This document shows positions 15,830 through 23,250 of a DNA stretch of 24,000 bases, one piece after another; position 1 is the stretch's first letter, and each line of letters starts with the position of its first letter. The DNA is taken from positions 6,737-30,736 of the forward strand of contig JBBDQV010000125.1 in assembly GCA_040905845.1 (NCBI GenBank). Reading direction: 5' to 3'. The stretch comes from Alphaproteobacteria bacterium (GTDB lineage Bacteria > Pseudomonadota > Alphaproteobacteria > SP197). A program made the position numbers and the translations under genes. The notes below the pieces were generated by a model. It had not been told where the DNA came from. It searched no databases and saw only the letters and a program-made list of their open reading frames with translations.

Positions 15830-16932
15830 GCGAAGCCCGCATCCACGCCGTCACCGTGCCCAAGTGGGGCATGGCGATGGACGAAGGCACCGTGACAGTC
15901 TGGCACGTCGCCGAGGGCGCGGCGGTCGACGCGGGCCAGGAGCTGCTCGACCTCGAATCGACCAAGATCGCCAACGCGATCGAGGCGAAGCGGGCGGGCA
16001 TCCTGCGCCGGGCCGTGGCCGGGGTCGGCACCGCGCTGCCGGTCGGCGGACTGCTCGGCGTCATCGCCGACGCGAACGTGCCCGAGGCCGAGATCGACTC
16101 CTTCGTCGCGGACTTCGTCGTCGCCGCGCCCGACGCGGAAGGCGAGGGGGCGCCGCGAACCGCGACCGTCGAAGTCGGCGGGCGTGCGATCCACTATCTG
16201 GACCTGGGCGTGGGCGAGGCGCCGATCGTCCTGGTGCACGGATTCGGCGGCGATCTGAACGCGTGGCTGTTCAACCAGCCGGCGCTCGCCGAGCGCGGCC
16301 GCACGATCGCGCTCGACCTGCCGGGTCACGGCCAGTCGTCGGGGGACGTGGGCGAGGGCACGGTCGCCGCGCTGTCCGGAACGCTCTTGGGGTTCATGGA
16401 TAGTCTGGGTCTCGGCGCGGCCCACCTCGTCGGCCATTCGCTCGGTGGCGCGATCGCCCTCGCGGTGGCCGTCGCCCAGCCAGGCCGGGTCCGTTCACTG
16501 ACCCTGATCGCGAGCGCCGGGCTCGGGCCGGAGATCAACGCAAGCTTTATCGACGGCTTCCTCGCGGCCGAGCGGCGCAAGGACATGACCGTCGTGCTCG
16601 GCACGCTGTTCGCCGACCCGGCGCTGGTGACGCGCCAGATGGTCGATGACGTGCTCAAGGCCAAACGCATCGACGGCGCGCAGGCGGCGCTCGCGCGCAT
16701 CGCCGGCGCGTGCTTCCCGGCGGGGCGGCAGGCGCTCGACCTGCGACCAAGCCTCGCCGATCTCGCCGTGCCCGTTCAGGTGATCTGGGGCTCCTCGGAC
16801 GCGGTGATCCCGGCCGCGCACGCCGACGGGCTTCCCGCCTCGGTCACGGTCCTCCGCCTCCAGGCCGGCCACATGCCACACATGGAGAAGGCCGCCGAGG
16901 TCACCCGCGCGATCCTGGCGATAAGCGGCTGA
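15826..16932 (+). CDS. acoC: AcoC-like E2 component: N-terminal lipoyl domain fused to an alpha/beta-hydrolase fold domain
   Basis: The lipoyl-lysine context is LDLESTKIANAIEA. The hydrolase part has VLVHGFGGD and the GHSLGG nucleophile elbow. The GTG start overlaps the acoB-like stop (GTGA at 15826-15829). The track ORF from 15064 is an in-frame over-extension. Confidence 0.82.
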   Translation: MSEARIHAVTVPKWGMAMDEGTVTVWHVAEGAAVDAGQELLDLESTKIANAIEAKRAGILRRAVAGVGTALPVGGLLGVIADANVPEAEIDSFVADFVVAAPDAEGEGAPRTATVEVGGRAIHYLDLGVGEAPIVLVHGFGGDLNAWLFNQPALAERGRTIALDLPGHGQSSGDVGEGTVAALSGTLLGFMDSLGLGAAHLVGHSLGGAIALAVAVAQPGRVRSLTLIASAGLGPEINASFIDGFLAAERRKDMTVVLGTLFADPALVTRQMVDDVLKAKRIDGAQAALARIAGACFPAGRQALDLRPSLADLAVPVQVIWGSSDAVIPAAHADGLPASVTVLRLQAGHMPHMEKAAEVTRAILAISG

Positions 16933-16947
16933 GGCGGCGCGCTGCCC

Positions 16948-17745
16948 TTACGACGGCCGGCGTCGGGCGAGGTAGGCGTCGATCAGCTCGATGAAACGCT
17001 CGCGGCCGAAGCTCGGGTCGTGACCGCCGTGGACGACGCGCACCGGCAGAGCGCGCAGGCGCTCCATGGTGCGCACGTAAGTCGGAATGTCGCAGCCTTT
17101 GAGGGTGTCGATCAGCGGCCCGTCGTAGATCGCATCGCCCGAGAAGAGCGTGCCCGTCGCCGCCTCCCACAGCCCGATGCTGCCCGGCGAATGACCCGGC
17201 AGGTGAAGGACCTGAAACCGCCGGTCGCCGGTGTCGACGACATCGCCATCCTCGACCACCCGCGTCGCCGGCACGCCGAGCATGCGGTAGTCGCCGAGGT
17301 CGTAGCCGGCGCGCGGCAGCGCCGTCACGAACAGGGCGGGAACCTCGTAACCCGTCGCGCGCAGCGGCCCGAGCCATTCGGCGTAGGCGGCGGCGCGCAG
17401 GCTGAACACGCCGTCGGGCTCGGCCAGGTTGGCGGCCTCGGCCCGATGCACGACGCGTTCGGCGAACTCGTGGTGCGAACCGACGTGATCGAGGTGGGTG
17501 TGGCTGGCGACCGCGGTCACCGGCTTGTCGAACAGGTGTCGCGCGGCCGCGTGCAGGCTGGCGATGCCCATGCCGGTGTCGATCATCAAATCCCGGTCGC
17601 GCCCGCGCACGTGCCAGATGTTGCAGCGCACGAGCGGGATCGTATGCGGCTCCCAGATCAGCGTGATCGCGTCGTCGACGCGGCGGAACTCGAACCAGCG
17701 TTCGGCGACGGGCAGGCGGTCCTCCGCGATCGCGGTCTTCATCAT
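16948..17745 (-). CDS. MBL-fold metallo-hydrolase
   Basis: HTHLDHVGSH (HxHxDH) motif, later HLPGHSPGS and HGGH. GAGGA RBS lies 7 nt upstream of the ATG at 17745. Confidence 0.85.
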   Translation of the reverse strand: MMKTAIAEDRLPVAERWFEFRRVDDAITLIWEPHTIPLVRCNIWHVRGRDRDLMIDTGMGIASLHAAARHLFDKPVTAVASHTHLDHVGSHHEFAERVVHRAEAANLAEPDGVFSLRAAAYAEWLGPLRATGYEVPALFVTALPRAGYDLGDYRMLGVPATRVVEDGDVVDTGDRRFQVLHLPGHSPGSIGLWEAATGTLFSGDAIYDGPLIDTLKGCDIPTYVRTMERLRALPVRVVHGGHDPSFGRERFIELIDAYLARRRPS

Positions 17746-17817
17746 TCGAGCGTCCTCAGCAGTCCGGCGAGCAGCTTCGCACGGGGCACCAATGAGAATA
17801 GAGGATGGGTTGCCCGG

Positions 17818-18588
17818 TCATGCTTGGCGGTCCTTCGGCAGGTAGCGCGTGGCCAGCCAGCCGCCGTCGACAACGATGACCTCGCCGGCGATGAACCGGG
17901 CGTCGTCGGAGCACAGGAACGCGACGACCCCGGCGATGTCCTCGGGCGTGCCATTGTAGGGCGTCGGCGTCGCCTCGATCATCACCGTGCCGTACCAGCG
18001 GTCCTCCTTGATCCTCTTCGCGGTCATCGGTGTCTCGATGATGCCGGGGGCGATCGCGTTGACCAGGATGCCGCGTTCCGTGTAGTCGGCCGCGAGCTGG
18101 CGGGTGAGCTGGGCCACGCCGGCCTTGGCGACGCCGTACGCGCAGCTTCCGGGAAACCCGACCAGGCCGAACACCGAGGAGATGTTGACGACGCGCCCGC
18201 CAGGCTGGGCGATGGCGCCGAGCGCCGCGCGGCAAAGCCGGAACACGCTGCGCAGGTCGACGTCGAGGAACCGGTCCCACGCCTCGTCGGTCGTCTCGGC
18301 CGCCGCCTTGGCGCCGCCGATGCCGGCGTTGTTGACCAGGACGTCGAAGCGCCCGAACGACTTTCGGCACGCGGCCACGATCTGCTCGGGCGCCTCGGGC
18401 GCCGAGACGTCGCACACCAGCTCGACGATGCGCTCGGACGCCGCCCGGGTCTCGGCCAAGCCCTGGCCGTTGACGTCGACCGCGAGCACGGCTGCGCCTT
18501 CGCGGGCGAGGCGCAGCGCGGTCGCCCGCCCGATCCCCGACGCCGCGCCCGTGACGATCGCCGCCTTGCCGTCGAAGCGCCCAGTCAT
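17818..18588 (-). CDS. SDR-family oxidoreductase
   Basis: TGAASGIGRAT, NNAGIGG and YGVAKAGVAQLTRQLA motifs are present. Start at ATG 18588 (MTGRFDGKAAIVTG...). The track start at 18810 runs through the intergenic hairpins. Confidence 0.86.
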   Translation of the reverse strand: MTGRFDGKAAIVTGAASGIGRATALRLAREGAAVLAVDVNGQGLAETRAASERIVELVCDVSAPEAPEQIVAACRKSFGRFDVLVNNAGIGGAKAAAETTDEAWDRFLDVDLRSVFRLCRAALGAIAQPGGRVVNISSVFGLVGFPGSCAYGVAKAGVAQLTRQLAADYTERGILVNAIAPGIIETPMTAKRIKEDRWYGTVMIEATPTPYNGTPEDIAGVVAFLCSDDARFIAGEVIVVDGGWLATRYLPKDRQA

Positions 18589-18633
18589 GCTCGTCGACAC
18601 CGAGCCTGACCGCCTTGACACAACACGGCTGTC

Positions 18634-18667
18634 ATGTCCGGGGTGGCCGCAGGCCGCAACCGGACAT
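18634..18667. repeat. Intergenic inverted repeat (8-bp arms, 18-nt spacer)
   Basis: atgtccgg (18634-18641) and ccggacat (18660-18667). The spacer contains the tandem ggccgc-a-ggccgc. Confidence 0.5.
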
Positions 18668-18698
18668 CCAGGGCAACAGCCGGAGCATCGGGCACTGG

Positions 18699-18733
18699 AT
18701 TCCCGGTTCGCCGCTCTCGCGGCGCCCGGGAAT
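18699..18733. repeat. Compound GC-rich hairpin / REP-like element; possible terminator of the upstream deacetylase gene on the minus strand
   Basis: Outer arms attcccgg (18699-18706) and ccgggaat (18726-18733). Inner stem cgccgc-tctc-gcggcg. It lies about 50 nt downstream of the minus-strand stop at 18783. Confidence 0.5.
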
Positions 18734-18782
18734 GACAATCCATGAGATGGGAAGGCGTCATTTCTCTTGGATGCAGCACAGC

Positions 18783-19637
18783 CTAGCGATTGCTGGCCTG
18801 GGCGAGCCACGCCTCAGCGATCTGGGTCCCGGTCGCGAACCACACGTCGGGAAACCCGCGCATGAAGGCGATCATGCGGCGCAGGAGCGTGAGACGTGAC
18901 GGCCGCCCGGTGATCTGCGGATGCATGACCAGGTCGAACAGGCCGCCCCAGCGATAGATCTCGCGGAATTCCTCCTGCCACACCGAGAAGACGTGGTCGT
19001 TGGTGAAGATCGGCCGCGGCGTGCGGATCGAGAACAGGAAGTAGGGCGCGTCGTCCAGGCTCCAATGCCACGGGATCTCGACCAGGCTGGCCCTGCCGTC
19101 GCCCGCTTCGATTCGGTACGGGTTGACGTCGGCCATCATCGAGCTGTCGTAGACGAACCCGTGCTCGGCCAGCAGCCGCACCAAATTGTCGCTGGTTTCG
19201 CCGGCGGGCGAGCGGTAGCCCTTGGGCACGACGCCGACCGTGCGCTTCAACGCCTCGAGCCCCTTCTCGAGCTCCTCGATCTCTTCCTCGGGCTTGTCCG
19301 GATCGGGCCACTTGTGCAGATAGCCGTGATGCCCGATCTCGTGCCCGCGCCCGAGGATCGCCTCGACCCGGCCGGTGTGCGTTTCCGCCGTCCAGCCCGG
19401 CACGAAGAACGTCGCCTTGATCGCTTCCTCGTCCAACAGCTCGAGGATTTTCGGCACGCCGACCCGCGCGCCGTAGGTGCCCTGGGACAGCGTGCCGGGC
19501 CGTTTCCAATTCGCGGGATCGCGGCCGATCCACAGCGTCTCGGCGTCGAAGTCGAAGCTCAGCATCACGGCGCAGCGCGCGCCGTTCGGCCACGCGACGC
19601 GCGTGTCGATCAGGGGCTTGCTCCCGTCGTCCGTCAT
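18783..19637 (-). CDS. Polysaccharide deacetylase (NodB-homology, CE4-like) family protein
   Basis: FDFDAETLW, KATFFVPGWTAE and EIGHHGYLH motifs are present. A GGAG RBS follows the TauD-family stop. Confidence 0.84.
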   Translation of the reverse strand: MTDDGSKPLIDTRVAWPNGARCAVMLSFDFDAETLWIGRDPANWKRPGTLSQGTYGARVGVPKILELLDEEAIKATFFVPGWTAETHTGRVEAILGRGHEIGHHGYLHKWPDPDKPEEEIEELEKGLEALKRTVGVVPKGYRSPAGETSDNLVRLLAEHGFVYDSSMMADVNPYRIEAGDGRASLVEIPWHWSLDDAPYFLFSIRTPRPIFTNDHVFSVWQEEFREIYRWGGLFDLVMHPQITGRPSRLTLLRRMIAFMRGFPDVWFATGTQIAEAWLAQASNR

Positions 19638-19650
19638 GGCAGGGCTCCGT

Positions 19651-20484
19651 TCAAGCGGCGGCCGTCGCGTCGTACGCCTCGGTCTCCGAGACCGCGATCG
19701 GCGTACGCCGAAGGGTGCGGCGCTCGCCCGGGTCGAAGTCCGTGCGCGCGTGCTGCAGCGTCATGTTGTTCCACAGCAACAGGTCGCCAACGCGCCAGGC
19801 GTGCCGATAGCCGACCACGGGGTCGGCGATGTAAGTCACCAGCTCACCGAGCAGCGCCTCGGTCTCGGCGTCGGAGAGGCCAGGAATCGCCGCCGTGGTC
19901 AGCGGGTGCGCGAACAGCACCTTGGCGCCGATATCCGGGTCATCGATCACCAAAGGATGAAGAGTCCGCAGCGCGCGGGGCGAGGCATCGGCGAGCCGCA
20001 CGCGCGTGTTGTACTCGCCGCCGTATTCGAAGAGCTGCACCGACGCGAGCCCGGCGATCCGCGCCTTCAGCGCATCCGGCAGGTTGCGGTAGGCGAGCAC
20101 GCAGTTGGCGAACAGCGTGTCGCCGCCCACCGACGGCACCTCGATCGCGTAGAGCGCGAGCGCCTTGAGCGGCCGCTTGAAAAAGGTGTGGTCGGCATGG
20201 AACTGCATCGCGCCCGAGCCGAGCACTCCGTCGGCGCGCGCGTTCGACACGTGTGCCGCGTCGCGCTCGCGCATCCAGGCACCGCGGTGCGAGATCGGCC
20301 CGAACAGCCGCGCGACCCGAACCTGGTCCTGTTCGCTCAGGTTCTGACCCCGAAACAGCAGCAGATGGTGACGATGCCAAAGCTCGCGCAAAGCCTTTGC
20401 CGTAGCCGCGTCGATCGTTTGGCGCAGGTCGAGACCCATGACCTCGACGCCGAGCGCCGACGAGAGTGGACGTGTCCCTGTCAT
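19651..20484 (-). CDS. TauD/TfdA-family Fe(II)/2-oxoglutarate-dependent dioxygenase
   Basis: HXD iron motif in MQFHADHTF; distal His and Arg in WRVGDLLLWNNMTLQHARTDF..RRTLRRT. I place the start at ATG 20484 (MTGTRPLSSALGVEVMGLDL). ATG 20508 and the track start 20616 are alternatives. Confidence 0.8.
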   Translation of the reverse strand: MTGTRPLSSALGVEVMGLDLRQTIDAATAKALRELWHRHHLLLFRGQNLSEQDQVRVARLFGPISHRGAWMRERDAAHVSNARADGVLGSGAMQFHADHTFFKRPLKALALYAIEVPSVGGDTLFANCVLAYRNLPDALKARIAGLASVQLFEYGGEYNTRVRLADASPRALRTLHPLVIDDPDIGAKVLFAHPLTTAAIPGLSDAETEALLGELVTYIADPVVGYRHAWRVGDLLLWNNMTLQHARTDFDPGERRTLRRTPIAVSETEAYDATAAA

Positions 20485-20595
20485 TCCAGGCTCAGCGTAG
20501 TGCGCCATCCGAGGATGGTCCAGCCGCCGTTGCCTGAAGTCCACAGTTTCCGCCACAATCCGCCGCCATTCGCGCGAGACCTCGGAGACGTCGCC

Positions 20596-22683
20596 TTGAC
20601 CGCCAATCCACGCCACGCTCTGGCGCCCTTGCTGACGCCGCGCTCGGTCGCCTTGGTCGGCGCCTCGCCGCGACCCGGCAACACGGGCGCGACGATCATG
20701 GCGACGCTACGCGGGCTAGGATTCGACGGGCCGCTGTGGCCGGTCAACCCGCGCTACGAGGAAGTGGCGGGAGAGGTCTGCTACCCCTCGCTCGCGGCGC
20801 TGCCTCAGCCGCCCGACCTCGCCGTGCTCGCCGTGGCGGACGATCGGCTCGAGGACAACCTGGCCGCCGCCATCGCCGCGGGCGCCCGCGCCGCCTCGAT
20901 CTTCGGCGCCTGCGTCATTCCCGAGGACGCGACGCCCCGCCTGGCCGGGCGGCTCGGCACCATGGCGCGCGCAGCCAGGCTGCCGATCAACGGCGGCAAC
21001 TGCATGGGCTACTGCAACTACGAGGCGCGCATCCGGGTCACGTCCTACCCGTTCCGGGACCGCGAACCCGGCACGATGAGCTATCTGTCGCAGTCGGGCT
21101 CGGCGTTCGGCGCCATCGCCAACCACAACCACCGGGCCGGGCTCAACCTGGCGGTGAGCTGCGGGAGCGAGCTGGCGACGACGATCGCCGAGTACATGGA
21201 CTACGCGCTCGAACTCGCCTCGACCCGGGTCATCGGCCTGTTCATCGAGGCGGTGCGCGACCCCGCGCGCTTCATCGCGGCGCTGGAGAAGGCGGCGGCG
21301 CGCGACGTGCCCGTGGTCGTGCTCAAGACCGGCCGCACCGAGGCGGCCGCGCGCATGGCGATCAGCCATTCGGGCGCGCTGGTCGGGAACAACGCCGCGT
21401 TCGACGCGGTGTGCCGCCGCCACGGCATGCTCCGCGTCCACACCCTCGACGAGCTGATGGCGACCATGCTGCTGATGAACGGCCCGCGCCGGGCCGGTAC
21501 GGGGGCGTTGACCAGCATCCACGAGTCGGGTGGCGAGCGCCAGATGGTGGTCGATCTCGCCGCCGACCTCGGCGTGCCATTCGCGGCGATCGGGCCGGCG
21601 ACCGTCGAACGGCTCGGTGAACGGCTCGACTACGGCCTGGCGCCCGAGAACCCGTGCGACGCCTTCGGCACCGGGCACGATTTCGATGGCATCCTGCGCG
21701 ATTGCTTCGCCGCGCTGTTGGCCGATCCGGCGACCGCGCTCGGCCTGTTCTTCCTCGATGCCCAGCAGGGCAACAGCTACAGTGAGGCTTGCGTCAAGGC
21801 GTGCCTGGATGCGGCGGCGACCACGGACAAGCCGGTCGCGTTGGCCACCAACTACAGCGCCGTCAACCACCACGAGTTGGCGGAGCGGGTAACCCGCCTG
21901 GGCGTGCCCGTGCTCGATGGCACCGTTCCGGCGCTCAAGGCCGTGCGCAACGCGTTCGCCTGGCGCGATTGGCGCCGGGCCGGGCTGGAGACCCTGCCGG
22001 CGGCGCCGGCCACCGTGCGCGAACGCTGGCGCGCCCGCCTTGAGGCCGGGGCGCCTTTCGACGAGGCTGAAGGCCTGGTTCTGCTCGCCGACTACGGCAT
22101 CGCGGCGCCGGCCCACCGGGTCGCCGCCAGCCGCGACGATGCGGTCGCGGCGGCACGCGCGATCGGGCTGCCGGTTGTGCTCAAGACCGCGTCGCCCGCC
22201 ATCGCCCACAAATCCGACCTCGACGGGGTGCGTCTCGGCCTCGCGAGCGATGCCCAGGTCGCCACGGCCTACGACGACCTTGCCCACAGGCTCGGCCCGC
22301 GCGTCCTGGTCGCCGCCATGGCGGGCGACGGGGTCGAGATGATCGTCGGGTATACCCACGATGCCCAGTTCGGCCCGTTGGTCGTGGTCGGCGCCGGCGG
22401 CACCCTCGTCGATGTCATGCGCGATGCGCGCTCGATGCTCGCGCCCGTTGGCCCCACGGAAGCGCGATCGGCGATCGAGTCGCTCGCGGTCCGACCGGTG
22501 CTCGACGGCGTGCGCGGCCAAAGTGCCGTGGACGTCGGCGCGCTGGTCCAGACCGTAGTGCGGCTCTCGGTGCTCGCGGCCGAGCTCGGCGACCTGATCG
22601 CCGAGCTCGACATCAACCCGGTGCGCGTGCTCCGCCAGGGCGCCGTCGCGCTCGACGCGCTCGTGGTGCCCCGTTCCACGTGA
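20596..22683 (+). CDS. ADP-forming acyl-CoA synthetase (acetate--CoA ligase family: CoA-binding, ligase-CoA and ATP-grasp domains)
   Basis: CoA-binding Rossmann start SVALVGASPRPGNTG, phosphohistidine loop AISHSGALVGN and C-terminal ATP-grasp segment LPVVLKTASPAIAHKSDLDGVRLGL are present. The start is uncertain. I favour TTG 20596 (GGAG 8 nt upstream). ATG 20515 is an alternative. The track start at 19477 is antisense to other genes. Confidence 0.8.
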   Translation: MTANPRHALAPLLTPRSVALVGASPRPGNTGATIMATLRGLGFDGPLWPVNPRYEEVAGEVCYPSLAALPQPPDLAVLAVADDRLEDNLAAAIAAGARAASIFGACVIPEDATPRLAGRLGTMARAARLPINGGNCMGYCNYEARIRVTSYPFRDREPGTMSYLSQSGSAFGAIANHNHRAGLNLAVSCGSELATTIAEYMDYALELASTRVIGLFIEAVRDPARFIAALEKAAARDVPVVVLKTGRTEAAARMAISHSGALVGNNAAFDAVCRRHGMLRVHTLDELMATMLLMNGPRRAGTGALTSIHESGGERQMVVDLAADLGVPFAAIGPATVERLGERLDYGLAPENPCDAFGTGHDFDGILRDCFAALLADPATALGLFFLDAQQGNSYSEACVKACLDAAATTDKPVALATNYSAVNHHELAERVTRLGVPVLDGTVPALKAVRNAFAWRDWRRAGLETLPAAPATVRERWRARLEAGAPFDEAEGLVLLADYGIAAPAHRVAASRDDAVAAARAIGLPVVLKTASPAIAHKSDLDGVRLGLASDAQVATAYDDLAHRLGPRVLVAAMAGDGVEMIVGYTHDAQFGPLVVVGAGGTLVDVMRDARSMLAPVGPTEARSAIESLAVRPVLDGVRGQSAVDVGALVQTVVRLSVLAAELGDLIAELDINPVRVLRQGAVALDALVVPRST

Positions 22684-22699
22684 AACTCTCCCGAGAGTT
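22684..22699. terminator. Short hairpin shared by the convergent acyl-CoA synthetase gene and tRNA-Thr (possible bidirectional terminator)
   Basis: aactct-cccg-agagtt lies directly after the TGA at 22681-22683. The adjacent 22716-22744 segment is the most AT-rich stretch of the window and is T-rich on the minus strand downstream of the tRNA. Confidence 0.3.
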
Positions 22700-22744
22700 C
22701 GCGCGAGGAACGATCTGGAAAGATTTGAAATAATTGAGAAATCG

Positions 22745-22819
22745 TGGTGCCGCGGAGTGGAATCGAACCACCGACCCCATCCTTACCAAGGATGTGCTCT
22801 GCCCCTGAGCTACCGCGGC
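22745..22819 (-). tRNA. tRNA-Thr (anticodon GGU), CCA encoded
   Basis: The reverse complement folds as a cloverleaf. Acceptor GCCGCGG/CCGCGGC; D arm GCTC-AGGGGCA-GAGC; anticodon arm CATCC-TTGGTAA-GGATG. Variable loop GGGTC; T arm GGTGG-TTCGATT-CCACT; discriminator A, then CCA. Confidence 0.92.
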
Positions 22820-22887
22820 GCTAGACTGCGCGCGGACGATGCCATAGCCCCCGACCAGGGGCAAGCGATGCACCAGGGAGGTCGCCG

Positions 22888-23100
22888 GTGAGCGACGAGA
22901 CCGAGGACGAGCGCGAGGCCAAGCGCCGGCGGCTCGACGAGGCGCTGCGCGAGAACCTTCGGCGCCGCAAGGCCCAAGCCCGCGCGCGCGCGCAGGCAGG
23001 TGGCGACAATGGGGACAGACCCGGGCCGCGGGCCCAAGCCCGCGCGCGCGCGCAGGCAGGCAAGGAGTGCCCGGACAAGCGGGAGGAACCGCCGTCGTGA
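22888..23100 (+). CDS. Small (70 aa) highly charged Arg/Glu/Ala-rich protein; the motif NLRRRKAQARAR is reminiscent of DUF4169-type small proteins (tentative)
   Basis: GGGAGG RBS lies 5 nt before the GTG at 22888. G/C third-position bias is present. The gene lies between tRNA-Thr and murA. It contains the internal duplication AQARARAQAG x2. Confidence 0.55.
   Translation: MSDETEDEREAKRRRLDEALRENLRRRKAQARARAQAGGDNGDRPGPRAQARARAQAGKECPDKREEPPS
22971..23060. repeat. Perfect 30-bp direct repeat, two copies 60 bp apart, each containing a 13-nt alternating CG tract
   Basis: ggcccaagcccgcgcgcgcgcgcaggcagg occurs at 22971-23000 and again at 23031-23060. It is in frame inside the small ORF. Confidence 0.9.
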
Positions 23101-23250
23101 TCGTCTGGGTCGCACCCGGCTCCGGCACCCGCTATCCGACGCGCATGCTGAGCGGGCGCGTCGGCGCGTTCTAGCGCGGTTCCTTGCGGTGCTCGCCGGG
23201 GTTCCGCTACAAGGGCCTCGGCGCGGCCGAGGGCGCCGCTCGGTTGGGTC

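Noticed and set aside
16933-16946. Near-palindrome ggcggcgcgctgcc in the 15-bp gap between the convergent acoC-like and MBL genes.
   Set aside because: It is too short, with no room for a loop, to be a convincing terminator. Such GC palindromes are common by chance at this composition.
16948-17745. The MBL-fold hydrolase as an AHL lactonase (quorum quenching) linked to the LuxR solo.
   Set aside because: Only the generic HxHxDH zinc motif is visible. The gene is 6 kb from the regulator, in a different transcription unit, and nothing specific to AiiA/AidC-type lactonases can be identified by eye.
12985-18560. Inverted stretch of about 60 nt, roughly 85% identical, between SDR 12962..13720 and SDR 17818..18588, flanking the aco-like/MBL genes.
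   Set aside because: It is explained by the identical encoded cofactor-binding motif (IVTGAASGIGRATALRLA) plus GC3 codon bias. The similarity does not extend beyond the motif, so it is not a mobile-element inverted repeat.
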